Source: Patescibacteria group bacterium (GTDB lineage Bacteria > Patescibacteriota > Kazan-3B-28 > UBA10110). From it: a DNA stretch of 64,000 bases. The notes beneath the pieces are model-generated. The model had not been told where the DNA came from and did not search any database. It saw only the letters and a list, made by a program, of their open reading frames with translations. Both the position numbers and the translations under genes were made by a program. Positions within the stretch are counted from its first letter, which is position 1. The number at the start of each line of letters is the position of its first letter. The stretch covers positions 1,648-65,647 of the forward strand of contig JAFGPN010000016.1 in assembly GCA_016936175.1 (NCBI GenBank). Reading direction: 5' to 3'. Below, piece by piece: positions 63,296 to 64,000 of this stretch.

Positions 63296-63459
63296 GTCTT
63301 CGCTACCTAAGGGTAGCTATGCCTGGCTTCGCCAGCGTTTTAATAAAAAGCGAGGACTGCCCTGCGTAGTCCGTCAGCCGACGGACGAAGCATGGGCCAA
63401 CCGGATAATTCAACAATTTGGCAATTGAGCAATAAAAAAGCTCGGGGATGGTACCATGC

Positions 63460-63465
63460 TATAAT
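63460..63465 (+). promoter_or_regulatory. Candidate extended -10 (TGcTATAAT) for the SOD-like gene
   Basis: Perfect TATAAT preceded by TGc. AGGAGG lies at 63489-63494 before the ATG at 63498. Confidence 0.45.
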
Positions 63466-63497
63466 TCCTATGCGTTAATTTTTTAATAGGAGGATAG

Positions 63498-64000
63498 ATG
63501 TATCAAGCACAGAATTTTGAACAGTTACTGGGGCTACCTGGATTTAGTGATAATTCACTAATCACGCATTTTGCTTTATATCAGGGTTACGTTAATAACG
63601 TTAATAAACTGTCGGATTCTCTGGCCGTGATGCTAAAGGAGGGTAAAACTGCCTCGCCCGAATATGCCGAGCTTAAGCGGCGATTTGGTTGGGAGTTTAA
63701 TGGGATGCGACTCCACGAATATTACTTCGGGGCGATGACAAAGACGGCGACCTCCCTTCCCCCAGATTCCCCGCTATATCAGCAGATCGTTAAAGACTTT
63801 GGTTCATTTGAAGCCTGGCGGCAGGATTTTATAGCTACTGCCACCCTGCGTGGCATCGGCTGGGCTGTTCTTTGCTACGATGCCTTGTTCGACAGGCTCT
63901 TCAATGTTTGGGTAAACGAGCACGATCTAGGGCATCTATCGGGGGGCACGCCCCTGCTTAATCTCGATGTATTTGAACACGCTTATATGCTGGATTACGG
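63498..64000 (+). CDS. Fe/Mn superoxide dismutase-like protein (3' end outside window)
   Basis: The ORF runs to the window edge and is not in the track. The C-terminal visible segment LNLDVFEHAYMLDY matches the SOD D-x-W/F-E-H-A-Y motif, and HFALYQGYV resembles the N-terminal helical hairpin. Confidence 0.65.
   Translation, partial: MYQAQNFEQLLGLPGFSDNSLITHFALYQGYVNNVNKLSDSLAVMLKEGKTASPEYAELKRRFGWEFNGMRLHEYYFGAMTKTATSLPPDSPLYQQIVKDFGSFEAWRQDFIATATLRGIGWAVLCYDALFDRLFNVWVNEHDLGHLSGGTPLLNLDVFEHAYMLDY

Overview
This window is mostly a housekeeping stretch around the chromosomal replication origin of a small-genome bacterium. The divergent dnaA-dnaN-recF-DUF721 (minus strand) and rpmH-rnpA-yidD-yidC-jag (plus strand) blocks place the origin at about 9.6-11.5 kb. 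Gene content and several miniaturised enzymes suggest a Patescibacteria/CPR-like lineage: PolA has no exonuclease-like middle domain, AlaRS is only 582 aa, and a DciA-type DUF721 protein and a membrane H+-pyrophosphatase are present. That lineage call is inference only.

Main recognisable blocks:
- A surface-glycan cluster at 13.5-19.5 kb (flippase, two GT4 enzymes, two O-antigen-ligase-like proteins).
- hppA, VanW, holA, rpsT, an NrnA-like DHH protein, rpsO-pnp, UDG4 and RNase J.
- ftsK-yajQ-recA.
- A minus-strand pcrA / RlpA-like / rsmA / NRAMP / rsmI block.
- yebC-ruvC-ruvA, mltG, a split comEC, and a WecA-like gene.
- L25, alaS, an FtsA-like gene, ruvX, hup, tRNA-Gly(UCC) and a 3'-truncated Fe/Mn-SOD-like gene.

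I found no rRNA, CRISPR array, transposase, integrase or recognisable defence genes.

Features most worth follow-up:
1. An orphan two-gene minus-strand operon (31715-35826). It encodes a 659-aa protein with RecJ/DHH-like motifs (DHH replaced by EHH) and a 711-aa protein with a C39/papain-like Cys-His arrangement.
2. Six intergenic elements bounded by long-range inverted repeats (CCCCGTTAGAA...TTCTAACGGGG). The arms co-vary between copies, and the right arm abuts or sits just upstream of the downstream start codon.
3. A second family of GTCATCC...GGATGAC hairpin elements that also reaches into the polA 3' end and the fpg coding region.
4. Two visibly GC-richer orphan genes with their own expression signals.
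5. A tiny tandem-repeat, Arg/Lys-rich protein.

All family names come from motif recognition by eye. No database search or computation was run.
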